64,000 nt of DNA, from contig OZ249436.1 of the NCBI GenBank assembly GCA_965235115.1, positions 43,464,001 to 43,528,000 on the forward strand, written 5' to 3'. The stretch is from Laetmonice hystrix. Its lineage: Eukaryota. The position numbers and the translations under genes were made by a program. Below, one piece after another: positions 36,922 through 50,519 of this stretch; within the stretch, counting starts at the first letter, position 1, and the number at the start of each line of letters is the position of its first letter. The notes under the pieces were generated by a model, which saw nothing but the letters and a program-made list of their open reading frames with translations, did not search any database and had not been told where the DNA came from.

Positions 36922-39886
36922 CTGGTTTTTATGCCTCTACTCGGACCCAGTTGGAATCAGTCAGTCTCCAGGGTTTTTATGCCTTGAACCTCCTCTACTC
37001 TGACCCAGTTGAATGGAATCAGTCGGTCTCCAGGGTTTTTATGCCTTGAACCTCCTCTACTCGGACCCAGTTGGATGGAATCAGTCGGTCTCCAGGGTTT
37101 TTATGCCTTGAACCTCCTCTACTCGGACCCAGTTGGAATCAGTCGGTCGCCAGGGTTTGTATGTCTTGAACCTCCTCTACTCGGACCCAGTTGGAATCAG
37201 TCGGTCTCCAGGGTTTTTATGCCTTGAACCTCCTCTACTCTGACCCAGTTGAATGGAATCAGTCGGTCTCCAGGGTTTTTATGCCTTGAACCTCCTCTAC
37301 TCGGACCCAGTTGGATGGAATCAGTCAGTCTCCGGGGTTTGTATGCCTTGAACCTCCTCTACTCGGACCCAGTTGGAATCAGTCGGTCTCCAGGGTTTTT
37401 ATGCCTTGAACCTCCTCTACTCGGACCCAGTTGGAATCAGTCGGTCGCCAGGGTTTGTATGTCTTGAACCTCCTCTACTCGGGCCCAGTTGGAATCAGTC
37501 GGTCTCCAGGGTTTTCATGCCTTGAACCTCCTCTACTCGGGCCCAGCTGAATGGAATCAGTCGGTCTCCAGGGTTTTTATGCCTTGAACCTCCTCTACTC
37601 GGACCCAGTTGGATGGAATCAGTCGGTCTCCAGGGTTTGTATGCCTTGAACCTCCTCTACTCGGACCCAGTTGGATGGAATCAGTCGGTCTCCAGGGTTT
37701 GTATGCCTTGAACCTCCTCTACTCGGACCCAGTTGGAATCAGTCGGTCTCCAGGGTTTGTATGCCTTGAACCTCCTTTACTCGGACCCAGTTGAATGGAA
37801 TCAGTCGGTCTCCAGGGTTTGTATGCCTTGAACCTCCTCTACTCGGGCCAAGTTGGAATCAGTCGGTCTCCGGGGTTTTTATACCTTGAACCTCCTCTCC
37901 TCGGACCCAGTTGGATGGAATCAGTCGGTCTCCAGGGTTTGTATGCCTTGAACCTCCTCTACTCGGGCCCAGTTGGATGGAATCAGTCGGTCTCCAGGGT
38001 TTTTATGCCTTGAACCTCCTCTACTCGGACCCAGTTGGAATCAGTCGGTCTCCAGGGTTTGTATGCCTTGAACCTCCTCTACTCGGACCCAGTTGGAATC
38101 AGTCGGTCTCCAGGGTTTGTATGCCTTGAACCTCCTCTACTCGGACCCAGTTGGAATCAGTCGGTCTCCAGGGTTTGTATGCCTTGAACCTCCTCTACTC
38201 GGGCCCAGTTGGAATCAGTCGGTCTCCAGGGTTTTTATGCCTTGAACCTCCTCTACTCGGACCCAGTTGGAATCAGTCGGTCTCCAGGGTTTGTATGCCT
38301 TGAACCTCCTCTACTCGGGCCCAGTTGGAATCAGTCGGTCTCCAGGGTTTGTATGCCTTGAACCTCCTCTACTCGGACCTAGTTGGAATCAGTCGGTCTC
38401 CAGGGTTTGTATGCCTTGAACCTCCTCTACTCGGGCCCAGTTGGAATCAGTCGGTCTCCAGGGTTTGTATGCCTTGAACCTCCTCTACTCGGACCCAGTT
38501 GGAATCAGTCGGTCTCCAGGGTTTTTATGCCTTGAACCTCCTCTACTCGGACCCAGTTGGAATCAGTCGGTCTCCAGGGTTTTTATGTCTTGAACCTCCT
38601 CTACTCGGACCCAGTTGGAATCAGTCGGTCTCCAGGGTTTTTATGCCTTGAACCTCCTCTACTCGGACCCAGTTAGTTGGAATCAGTCGGTCTCCAGGGT
38701 TTTTATGCCTTGAACCTCCTCTACTCGGGCCCAGTTGGAATCAGTCGGTCTCCAGGGTTTTTATGCCTTGAACCTCCTCTACTCGGACCTAGTTGGAATC
38801 AGTCGGTCTCCAGGGTTTTTATGCCTTGAACCTCCTCTACTCGGGCCCAGTTGGAATCAGTCGGTCTCCAGGGTTTTTATGCCTTGAACCTCCTCTACTC
38901 GGACCTAGTTGGAATCAGTCGGTCTCCAGGGTTTTTATGCCTTGAACCTCCTCTACTCGGACCTAGTTGGAATCAGTCGGTCTCCAGGGTTTTTATGTCT
39001 TGAACCTCCTCTACTCGGGCCCAGTTGGAATCAGTCGGTCTCCAGGGTTTTTATGCCTTGAACCTCCTTTACTCGGACCCAGTTGAATGGAATCAGTCGG
39101 TCTCCAGGGTTTGTATGCCTTGAACCTCCTCTACTCGGACCTAGTTGGAATCAGTCGGTCTCCAGGGTTTTCATGCCTTGAACCTCCTCTACTCGGGCCA
39201 AGTTGGATGGAATTAGTCGGTCTCCAGGGTTTTTATGCCTTGAACCTCCTCTACTCGGACCCAGTTGGAATCAGTCGGTCTCCAGGGTTTGTATGCCTTG
39301 AACCTCCTCTACTCGGACCTAGTTGGAATCAGTCGGTCTCCAGGGTTTTTATGTCTTGAACCTCCTCTACTCGGACCCAGTTGGAATCAGTCGGTCTCCA
39401 GGGTTTGTATGCCTTGAACCTCCTCTACTCGGACCCAGTTGAATGGAATCAGTCGGTCTCCAGGGTTTTTATGCCTTGAACCTCCTCTACTCGGACCCAG
39501 TTGAATGGAATCAGTCGGTCTCCAGGGTTTTTATACCTTGAACCTCCTCTACTCGGGCCCAGTTGGATGGAATCAGTCGATCTCCAGGGTTTGTATGCCT
39601 TGAACCTCCTCTACTCGGGCCCAGTTGGAATCAGTCGGTCTCCAGGGTTTGTATGCCTTGAACCTCCTCTACTCGGGCCCAGTTGGAATCAGTCGGTCTC
39701 CAGGGTTTTTATGCCTTGAACCTCCTCTACTCGGACCCAGTTGGAATCAGTCGGTCTCCAGGGTTTTTATGCCTTGAACCTCCTCTACTCGGACCCAGTT
39801 GGATGGAATCAGTCGATCTCCAGGGTTTGTATGCCTTGAACCTCCTCTACTCGGACCTAGTTGGATGGAATTAGTCGGTCTCCAGG
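36922..39886. repeat. 57/61-bp minisatellite, about 50 copies
   Basis: ggaatcagtcggtctccagggtttttatgccttgaacctcctctactcggacccagtt. Confidence 0.95.
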
Positions 39887-40267
39887 TGGTGTATGGTAAG
39901 TTGCTGGTCCCTGTTGATCTCTAGCTCACGATATTACTGAGTTAAACTTCTGAAGTGTTCAAATCTACAGGCAGGTTATCGACCTACTTACTTGTTTTTT
40001 CTATCGGTCCTCCATCGCCCCTCGGTCAGTTATTGCAACGACAGCTCGTGACCTGACTGTATACCAGGGTTTGTCTGGGTTCCAGGTGACGTCGGGACGC
40101 GGGAGATGACAGCGTTCATAGTCAGCGTTCATACCAGTCAACACAGCGTCTCTAGTTTCCCCATATTTTGTTCAGTATTGACTCCCGGACGGTGGTTTAA
40201 ACCTTCGCATAGTTTTTGGTGTCTATGATACGATAAGCGTGGTGTCATTGTCTTATCTCCGGCCGTC

Positions 40268-40982
40268 GAAACTCACAATGCGGTTCGATAAACTCACAAT
40301 GCGGTTCCATAAACTCACAATGCGGTTCCATAAACTCACAATGCGGTTCCATAAACTCACAATGCGGTTCCATAAACTCACAATGCGGTTCCATAAACTC
40401 ACAATGCGGTTCGAAAAACTCACAATGCGGCTCGATAAACTCACAATGCGGCTCGATAAACTCACCATGCGGTTCGATAAACTCACAATGCGGTTCGATA
40501 AACTTACAATGCGGTTCCATAAACTCACAATGCGGTTCGATAAACTCACAATGCGGTTCGATAAACTCACAATGCGGCTCGATAAACTCACAATGCGGTT
40601 CCATAAACTCACAATGCGGCTCGATAAACTCACCATGCGGTTCCATAAACTCACAATGCGGTTCCATAAACTCACAATGCAGTTCCATAAACTCACAATG
40701 TGGTTCCATATACTCACAATGCGGTTCCATATACTCACAATGCGGTTCCATAAACTCACAATGCGCTTCGATAAACTCACAATGCGGTTCCATAAACTCA
40801 CAATGCGGTTCCATAAACTCACAATGCGGTTCGATAAACTCACAATGCGGTTCCATAAACTCACAATGCGGTTCCATATACTCACAATGCGGTTCCATAT
40901 ACTCACAATGCGGCTCCATAAACTCACAATGCGGCTCCATAAACTCACAATGCGGTTCCATAAACTCACAATGCGGCTCGAT
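40268..40982. repeat. 21-bp minisatellite, about 34 copies
   Basis: aaactcacaatgcggttccat. Confidence 0.95.
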
Positions 40983-42827
40983 GGAAACATTGTTGTTCAG
41001 GCCACACAAGGCCATACATATAACAGGACCTTTGAATGGGAAATTTATTTTATTCATGTATGCAGGTGCCATCCACTCCATTGATAAGAATAATTAGAGT
41101 CAGAGGAATTGTTATCATTGTGTAGGCCCCTTATGTGTTTTTGCTAAACGTCGGAATGCTCAAGGTCCCTGAATAGGCCGACTGAGTGAAATAAAAACTA
41201 CCTCATGCTCTTCATGTTGTACGGCGTATGAACTACATCATGTTTTGGAGAAGTTAACTGATTAAAACATCGACCGTTATCTGGTACAGCGCAATCGAAA
41301 TCCCATGGTCCTATAAGAGGGCGGTCATGATTGGATGAATTGGATTTCTCAGCGTCCTGACGTCATCACATTATGCTTCCAAGTATGAAATGGCTGACAG
41401 GACAGACAAGTCCGCAATATTTAAGAGTATTTCACCTGATACGTAAGATGTTCAAGGATGGTCTTTGAAGTAAGATCTCAGTGTGAACATAATGACATGA
41501 CGCATGAACAGTGCGTGTTGTTTCAGTGTATAATATATCAAATAGACGTAACCGTTCTATTCAGGTCGCACTGCCCATTTACTGGCCTTTCTCCCAGGTG
41601 GCGCCAAGCATCTCATCACGCTGCTCCTAGATGGCGCCTCCATGTGGCACAGGCCCATCTTTATGTGATTCGACAGATCACCAGATCAAGACATTTTATA
41701 TATAATATACCTTCATTCCATCCCAAATGTAGGCTGGCAGTTTACTCATTCTGAGGAAGTTTTCTATTCACATTTTAGCAATTGAAGGGGTCAGTACAAC
41801 AACAAGGCTAAGTCCATATTTATGTATTTTACACCGGGGGCACCATATGATGCTGAAAATAGCCTGCTGCCGTTCAGTCTATTTATATACGATGGTTCTG
41901 ACTTTTTCAAGGGTGTCTCACAAATCCGTGCCAAAACAGGGCCAAGTCCACCGTGAATTGACCCCCACCCACACATCCACACACCCGAAACAAGCGTTCA
42001 TTGGCTCTGGCGTTGCAACCGGGGGATCTGTGCCAATGTGACCTGATTACGTTCACTGTCAGCCAATCAGATAACTGCTCCTGTCATCCCATCAGCGGTG
42101 CTCACCGACATGTCTCGCGCCCGCGTGGATCACGAGGGATCATCATTATTACACATCAAACTGCGCATGCTCGTACTCTGGGGACTACGACCCTGCTGGT
42201 TAGGGATTGTGGGAAGTCAAATCGACTTCCAACAATGCACTGGCGCCATCGTATCTTCATCATCAGATCATACGCCGGCGAAGCGGCATACCGAAGAGAT
42301 AGAAATGCAGTGAAGCGGTACAAAATAGTCCAGAAAAGTAGTGCGCATTCGAACTGTTTCAACTCAAATTAGATACATTTAAATCTTTAAGAACAATGAA
42401 ATGAAGTGATAAACAACCTCTGATCAATAATGTAAGCAATGTTTGATTATAATTATTTCGTGAGTTAGTAGTTACGCACAGCAAGAGAGTCGGGTGACCC
42501 AGACTGAGGTGGATCTGGAAACCAGGGCCCCGTCTTACTAAGCCGGCGACGTCGCCAAATGGGACGTCGCCGGCCCATATAAGGCAATATGTCGCCTGTT
42601 CTGGCGACGTGCCCCATTGTTTTAACGTTGGCAACATTTAGTGTATCAGTTATTGAACATAAAAGTATAGCCGTCCTGAACCTGGGCCCAGTAATTGGAA
42701 ATTGTCTGTTGTGTCGATCTGAGCATCTAGTTCAGGTTTTGACACAATGTCAACAGTATGTCGTGATCAGCGTCTGAAGTATCTGGTTTAGGTTCCGGAG
42801 TCGAGGCCTACTTGCTGTAGCATATAC

Positions 42828-43003
42828 CGTTGACACACCGACGCTCCAATGCGCTTCAAATCGATTTAAATCGCATTGATACGGTTCGTGACACACCCAA
42901 CACGGTTCCCAATGCGCATTGAATCGCATTGAACCCAAACCACATCCATGTGGATTCAATGCGCATCGAAGCGCATTGAAAAAAAGTTTTTGGTGTGTCA
43001 ACA
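42828..43003. mobile_element. Short palindromic MITE-like element
   Basis: gttgacacacc ... ggtgtgtcaac ends, internal inverted aatgcgc/gcgcatt motifs. Confidence 0.5.
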
Positions 43004-43066
43004 GCTTTATTCATGCAGTCCGTGGGGGATTTTTTATTGGGCTGTGTGTGATGGAATAGTACCCAA

Positions 43067-43562
43067 CAGGGTACGGAATCTATGGGTCCCACGGTCTGGC
43101 CAGGTGATATTGATAATGACGATGGTGTGGAAAAAAACAATAGAAAAGAAATCGTTCAGATAAGAAAGTCCCTTGCCACCTCCTAAACACGTGACCTCCA
43201 TACGTTCAGAACAATCGTCTGCTGGACCGGAAGCTCGGTCGGCACATGCGCAGTGATACTTATACCGAAAGGACCCAAAGTCGGCAAGGATGCTGCAATA
43301 TAACATATAACAGGGTACGAAATCTATGGGTCCCACGGTCTGGCCAGGTGATATTGATAATGACGATGGTGTGGAAAAAAACAACAGAAAAGAAATCGTT
43401 CAGATAAGAAAGTCCCTTGTGACCTCCTAAACACGTGACCTCCATACGTTCAGAACAATCGTCTACTGGACCGGAAGTCGTGCGACACCAGCTCGGTCGG
43501 CACATGCGCAGTAATACTTATACCGAGAGGACCCAAAGTCGGCAAGGATTCTGCAATATAAC
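43067..43562. repeat. ~245-bp tandem duplication
   Basis: acagggtacg(g/a)aatctatgggtcccacgg... occurs twice. Confidence 0.85.
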
Positions 43563-43867
43563 ATTGTAAATATCCACGATTTTCTGATTCAGTAATGGTC
43601 AGTAACAACACATTAATTTAAGAGGTTTGATAGTAGGTATACCAGTCTCATACTGTAGTAGGCCTACAGTGGCTGTTTGCGGGGTGATGTATCCCGCTGC
43701 ACGGACAAGTTCCAAACAACATGGATGATTTTAAGTGTGTTTATGAGATTTTCTCAATTACCTATTGTATTCCGGTGAAACGTATAGGTTGAATCGTGAC
43801 TGTGTGTATCGTTTTGACTAGTTATGAACCAGAAACTCTGATGTATAATTCAAAATATTCTTCTTAA

Positions 43868-44355
43868 AGGGGCATGCTATGGAACACGTTTTGGGGATTT
43901 CCGGCAATTATCCAACATGACCGTGTTGTCCTCCGACGTTTTCGCTGCGTATGCAGCACAAGTAGGTTCTATACGACCAAACGCATAGATTTCTCCCGAT
44001 AGCACATCTCCCGCCATAATTTGGTAGACAACCTCCCATCAACCCGTGTAATTGCATACTGCGTCACATCCTGCGTGTGCACTCTCTGCATGGGCTTAGT
44101 CACGTGCTTCGCTTAGTTGTAAACAATTCAGCAGTTGCACTCGATCGTCCGGCATCAAAATGCCACCCAAAAAATATTTTACGAAATCGGCAGAGAAGCG
44201 GGCAAGGGAGCTTCATAAACTTCGATTTCTCACGCAAAATGAAACTGATAAGTCTGTCTTTGTTTACCAAGCAATTTTAATGAAGGATCTCTTTATGAAA
44301 ACAGCAAAAGTTCTTTGAAATACCGATTTTTCACGTTTCCTCTTAATATGCCCCT
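43868..44355. mobile_element. Non-autonomous TTAA-TSD element (Kolobok-like)
   Basis: ttaa|aggggcat ... atgcccct|ttaa. Confidence 0.7.
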
Positions 44356-44837
44356 TTAAGACGATTTTCAATTCTCTCTGTCTCTATCTCTCTCTGTCTC
44401 TCTCTGTCTCTGTCTGTCTGTCTCTATGCCTCTCTCTCTCCTACATATCATGCCGACTATCACTCAAAATGGCCAGCTTAAAAATATAAATTTCCCCAAG
44501 AGTAGATTCCAATATATGTTTCGCATTCCGTCAAAGGTCATCTCTCAGTGACGGGCAATGACGAAAACATCCACAGTATAGTTCTCGGTCTGCTCAGGCC
44601 ACTTTGCCTATCGCTCTAAATGTCGACATTATCGGTGGCTTCTTAGTGGTGCAGTCCATTTCCGAAACTAATAACACTCGAATACGTTGATGATACTCCC
44701 CCAAAATATCATGTAAGTCGGGGGACTATAAGGGCAACTGGAACACTCCCCAGAGATACGCCTGGATCGATATGCCAGGCTTAAGGTGGCTGGAATTATG
44801 GTACCGGTTGTAGAACAGCGCGGATTGCGCTAAACCG

Positions 44838-45480
44838 CTGTACAGCTGTACCGCACGGATGGTTAAAGCACACCCCCTGTAGAGCTGTACCGCACGGATG
44901 GTTAAAGCACACCCCCTGTACAGCTGTACCGCATGGATGGTTAAAGCACAACCCCTGTACAGCTGTACCGCACGGATGGTTAAAGCACAACCCCTGTACA
45001 GCTGTACCGCACGGATGGTTAAAGCACAACCCCTGTACAGCTGTACCACACGGATGGTTAAAGCACAACCCCTGTACAGCTGTACCACACGGATGGTTAA
45101 AGCACAACCCCTGTACAGCTGTACCACGCGGGTATGGTTAAAGCACAACCCCTATACAGCTGTACCGCATGGATGGTTAAAGCACAACCCCTGTACAGCT
45201 GTACCGCACGGATGGTTAAAGCACAACCCCTATACAGCTGTACCGCATGGATTGAGCTCAGTCTCTGTGCAGCTGTACCGCACGGATGGTTAAAGCACAA
45301 CCCCTGTACAGCTGTACCGCATGGGATTGAGCTCAATCGCTGTACAGCTTTACCGCACGGCTAGTTAAAGCACAACCCCTGTACAGCTGTACCGCATGGA
45401 TGGTTAAAGCACAACCCCTGTACAGCTGTACCGCACGGATGGTTTAAGCACAACGCCTATACGGGTGTACAGTACCGCAT
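44838..45480. repeat. 42-bp minisatellite
   Basis: ctgtacagctgtaccgcacggatggttaaagcacaaccc units. Confidence 0.9.
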
Positions 45481-46889
45481 GGATTTAACTCTTAAACGCG
45501 GTTGTTTCTAACGTCATTCATTCTCCTATTAAAACAAGAACTTTCTGACTGATGTTTTTAAACCTTTAGGTTATTACTAGTCCTACAAAATGAAAGGATC
45601 TCCGGTCTACCCTCTATGTCCGGGCAAACGACCAGTCAACCGTCGACGGGAGGTCATTGGGAATGGTCGACTCCAACATGGCCTCTGATCTGACCCTGCC
45701 CCGATCCTGGCACCACTGATTTCTATACCGGATAAAAACACCAGTTTCGACGGTTTTTTGTCTGGAAAGGAAGCACACCGAACTATCAAAGCTCGACAAA
45801 TCTGAGCTGGCCGCACTGTGAGTTGTCCTGTGGCAATCGATGGTGGCGACACCTAGCGCCACCTGTGGCGGCTGGCAGTCGGCCATCTTCTCGTGACGTG
45901 TCGATAAGTGACGTACAACTTTCGATAAACGCTGCATGCAGGCAGATGATCAAAGGAGCGCTTTGTGGACCAGCATTTTGACAACCGTAAATACGTACAG
46001 ATATTACTTTCTTTTCGTGAAATTTTACGCTCCCATAATTTTAGTCCTGATATAAAGCCCGGTTGTCATGTTTGGTCACATGTCAGTGTTGATGACGTTG
46101 TTTTGTATTTATGTGCGCATGCGCACTTCTCCTGGATAACATTGGTTGCAGTCGATTAATACGGGAAAATTGAAGACCAAAATATGCATTCCAATGGGTA
46201 TCTTCTTATATAGACATGCTAATTTTACTTATATGACCCTATACGTACTGGAAGCATGCTGGAGAGATGTTAAATGAGATGCTTTAGTTTAGTTCGACAA
46301 ATGTAAAAGTTTTCATCCCCCTTTCAGAGATACTAGCCGTATAAGTGTCATCTCTTCAGCTCGCGTGTACACATCGCGACCCCAGGTCATGACGAGGTGA
46401 GGAAGGCCATCAAGCTGTGCACGATCCCCTCCTGAGTCAAGTGTTCTACAGGCTTTCATGCCAAACTATGTTTGGTATTCCTGATTACAAATCGGCGTGC
46501 TGCCTTCTCCTTGCCAACCAATCAATGAGAGGGTAACGAACGCGCCGACGTTGTTGCTTGGAGACGTCGATATAATCGAAGTAGGTCAATGATGGCACTG
46601 TCAGTCTACCCCTGGAGCTCGCCGGGAGGGCGGGAGTTAGGGGTAGGAAGAGGGGTCAGGGATAGGAAGGGGGTTAGGGGCAGCTCGATATGGGACCCCT
46701 CTTGATTCATGAGCCGACGCCGTCTCGGCAATCTCAAACACATGCCTGAAAAACTCCCTAAATGGCCTTGCAATAAATAGGAAACTCTCTCGGCTGTCTG
46801 GCAAATCCTTGTGCTAGGAGATCGGTCGTTTCCGGCGGCTGAGGTGAGGAGATCGATGATGGCAATACATGTATAATATGGCATCTCGT

Positions 46890-47322
46890 CAGGGCAGAGT
46901 CTGCATGTGTAGTGTGGCATCACGTTAGGGCAGAGTCTGCATGTGTAGTGTGGCGTCACGTTAGGGCAGAGTCTGCATGTGTAGTGTGGCGTCACGTTAG
47001 GGCAGAGTCTGCATGTGTAGTGTGGCATCAGGTTAGGGCAGACTCTGCATGTACGTGTAGTGTGGCATCACGTTAGGGCACAGTCTGCATGTGTAGTGTG
47101 GCATCACGTTAGGGCAGACTCTGCATGTGTAGGGTGGCCACACGTTAGGGTAGACTCTGCATGTGTAGTGTGGCGTCACGTTAGGGCAGAGTCTGCATGT
47201 GTAGTGTGGCATCAGGTTAGGGCAGACTCTGCATGTACGTGTAGTGTGGCATCACGTTAGGGCACAGTCTGCATGTGTAGTGTGGCATCACGTTAGGGCA
47301 GACTCTGCATGTGTAGTGTGGC
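46890..47322. repeat. ~35-bp minisatellite upstream of a candidate acceptor
   Basis: agggcagagtctgcatgtgtagtgtggcatcacgtt. Confidence 0.9.
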
Positions 47323-47368
47323 ACACGTCACATGCAGAATCATTCCTTACGATCACTCTTTCCTGTAG

Positions 47369-47479
47369 GTCACGGGAAGTACATTTTACTTGTAGGCCTA
47401 CTCAATGGATCAGGGAGCAGGGGACATTCGGCCCACCTCGGGACTGTTCGGGACATTCGATGAAGGCCACGTGGGCTTG
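47369..47479 (+). CDS. Candidate first coding exon (ATG 47405; MDQGAGDIRPTSGLFGTFDEGHVGL) of the downstream two-TM gene
   Basis: ctctttcctgtag| acceptor, ttg|gtaaga donor (duplicated downstream), in-frame TAG upstream of the ATG. Confidence 0.4.
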
Positions 47480-49172
47480 GTAAGAATACGATGAAGGCCA
47501 CGTGGGCTTGGTAAGCATACGATGAAGGCATGCACGTGGGTTGTCTAGTTTCACAGGGAATGCGTTCGGTATTCAGATAAATTTATCTCACTTAAAACAT
47601 TCACTTGAAACATTCTGTTGAACATACTGTGAATGTGACAAGTGTTCCAATTACCTTTGTTTTGGACAAATAATTAGTGCATGCCTTAAGCATCAGTTGA
47701 TGAACTAATTACGACACCCTGTTTGTCTAGTCCGATGTCTCTGTGTTCCCACCTGTCTGTGTGCTGGGAGAAGTGCTCTGAAAGTACCTTTCTACGAACT
47801 TCGGTGCTCTAATTAAGACATAAAACGGCAGTGGATTCACAATAGCTGGCAACTGTCTATTGAACCAGGCGTAATAATAACGCCATGCAGACAAGGAACT
47901 TAAATTGGATTTTTTTTACAATATTTCTGTGCCAACGCCATACTTTGCAAGCAGAACCATAGGATTGCCTGCCGCCAGGAGACCTGGCTCACTGGGAACA
48001 CGACTATACTTTTATTAACACGCCACAGGGTGGCTGAACACAAGCCAGAGCTGTCTGCTAACATGAACGCTAACACCACCTGGCGTTCCCAGCTGGCCTA
48101 AGTAATTATACCCAGCGTACGTTATTCCTTGCGTCTTTAATCCGGCCTCACATCCTGAACACACCACATCTATCAGTCTCTTCGGTAGATGATTCAGTAA
48201 TCCGGACGCATCAGAATCCGAACACATTTTAACGGGCTTCGAACTGTTCGGACGCAATCGGTCATAAGGTCATTTCTGCTCGAAATAAAAGTAACCTCGG
48301 GTGAAAACAGCGCCATTTTGAGCATTGCATCGCGGGTACATTGGGCGGGACTCTGGCCATCATGGCAGTGCTTACAGTATTTGGTCTGCATCAGGCATGG
48401 AAGCAACTAAAATAGTCCTCTACTGCTCTTCCCATAGCCAGTGGGCAATATTGAGATAGTATCTTGTTCAAAATACAAGTAGCCCTACCATTGTGTCGTG
48501 TTGCTGTCCTTCATGGGCGCGGCCATATTGCTTCCCATAATTTGATAAATTATCACGCCGATTTAGGTAAATTAGGTGATTAATCTTTCTTCTTTAAACG
48601 TTCCCCTTCATACCAGAAATTTATATTTGCTTAATAATGCACTACTTCTTGGCTCGGTTGGATATGACGGTTCACTCACTGCCTCGCTACACAGGTCCAT
48701 CTCATCATGTATCACGTCGCCATAATGACGCTCAAATCACCCGAGGGTATTTTAGAATAGCAGGAAGTGACGTCAAATGCCAGAGGGAATCCTGAATGGG
48801 ATAAACGATGTTTAACTGTACCTAGCTCGCCCAGGGAGCTTCCTGATCTCCTCATCCTAGCTCAATCACAGCTCGCCCAGGGAGCTTCGTCGCTCAATCA
48901 GGGGCTATTGTTTGAAATTAACCTAAATTCACCTCGGCAGAATTACATTCCCATCTCAGTTCGAAGCAGAGAACGGCCGCCACAACAAGCGGAGAAGTGG
49001 CATTTTTGGCGTTTTTAAGCCGAATATGATAACTAAATGATCAGTTCCGTCCTGGTCGATTGCATACAAATTGCCCAATAGCTCTCTTGACTCGAGTTGA
49101 AGGGGAAGTTTTTGTTTGAAAACGTGTGATTAGTCTGTTTAGACGAGTGATTAGACCGCGTGCATGTCAGAC

Positions 49173-50468
49173 GTGAACGAGACCTGCTGATGTTATGACA
49201 GACAATCCGTTTCTATGCCGGGACGTTGGCTCAGTGAACGAGACCTGCTGATGTTATGACAGACAATCCGTTTCTATGCCGGGACGTTGGCTCAGTGAAC
49301 GAGACCTGCTGATGTTATGACAGACAATCCGTTTCTATGCCGGGACGTTGGCTCAGTGAACGAGACCTGCTGATGTTATGACAGACAATCCGTTTCTATG
49401 CCGGGACGTTGGCTCAGTGAACGAGACCTGCTGATGTTATGACAGACAATCCGTTTCTATGCCGGGACGTTGGCTCAGTGAACGAGACCGGCTGATGTTA
49501 CGACAGACAATCCGTTTCTATGCCGGGACGTTGGCTCAGTGAACGAGACGGGCTGATGTTATGACAGACAATCCGTTTCTATGCCGGGACGTTGGCTCAG
49601 TGAACGAGACCTGTTGATGTTATGACAGACAATCCGTTTCTACGCCGGGACGTTGGCTCAGTGAACGAGACGGGCTGATGTTATGACAGACAATCCGTTT
49701 CTATGCCGGGACGTTGGCTCAGTGAACGAGACCTGCTGATGTTATGACAGACAATCCGTTTCTATGCCGGGACGTTGGCTCAGTGAACGAGACCTGCTGA
49801 TAGTACGACAGACAATCCGTTTCTATGTCGGGACGTTTGTAGCAACCACTTTTGTCATTTTTACCACTTTTGTCACAGGTCACCACTTTTGTCGCACACA
49901 ATGCCCACCTTTGTCACAGGTCACCACGTTTGTCCCAAAATAGCCCACTTTTGTCGTTCTCGAGGGCACCACTTTATTCATAATTTTCGGACTGTCATGC
50001 ACCATGCACTGTGCGTACTTTTGTCACACCGAACACTTCTTCCTAATAACCTAGGTTTCGACTGAAAAATCCCCCCTCCCCTCCTGTGATATACCTGGCT
50101 ACTTGTATGATTCTGGCGTACAATGTATGTAGTCTCCCCATGTCGGGATAGTCATTGATGTCTTTGTATGAAATTTGTGCTTAACGTGCTGCTAATAATG
50201 CGTAGGCTCGCAAGTTATAAAATTTGGCACCGGTAAAGAAAAGGCCGGAGAAGGCGTGTAAATGTATTTTCAACTTTTTCATTTCATTTTGAACAAAAGG
50301 GGATCCTCCCAGCCAGGTCTGCTTCGGTGCGCCGTGCATAGTAGTGGTAGTATAGAATGTAAGTGAGAGAGAGATAGAGAGAGAGACAGACAGAGACAGA
50401 CAGAGACAGACAGAGGGGAAAGAGAGATAGGGGAGGGCAATAGAGAGAGAGGGAGAAAGAGAGAGAGA

Positions 50469-50519
<51 letters not shown>

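Noticed and set aside
40239..41084. ORFs (KLTMRFH)n, (MEPHCEF)n and (NRIVSLW)n
   Set aside because: Open in several frames on both strands, as expected for a 21-bp minisatellite
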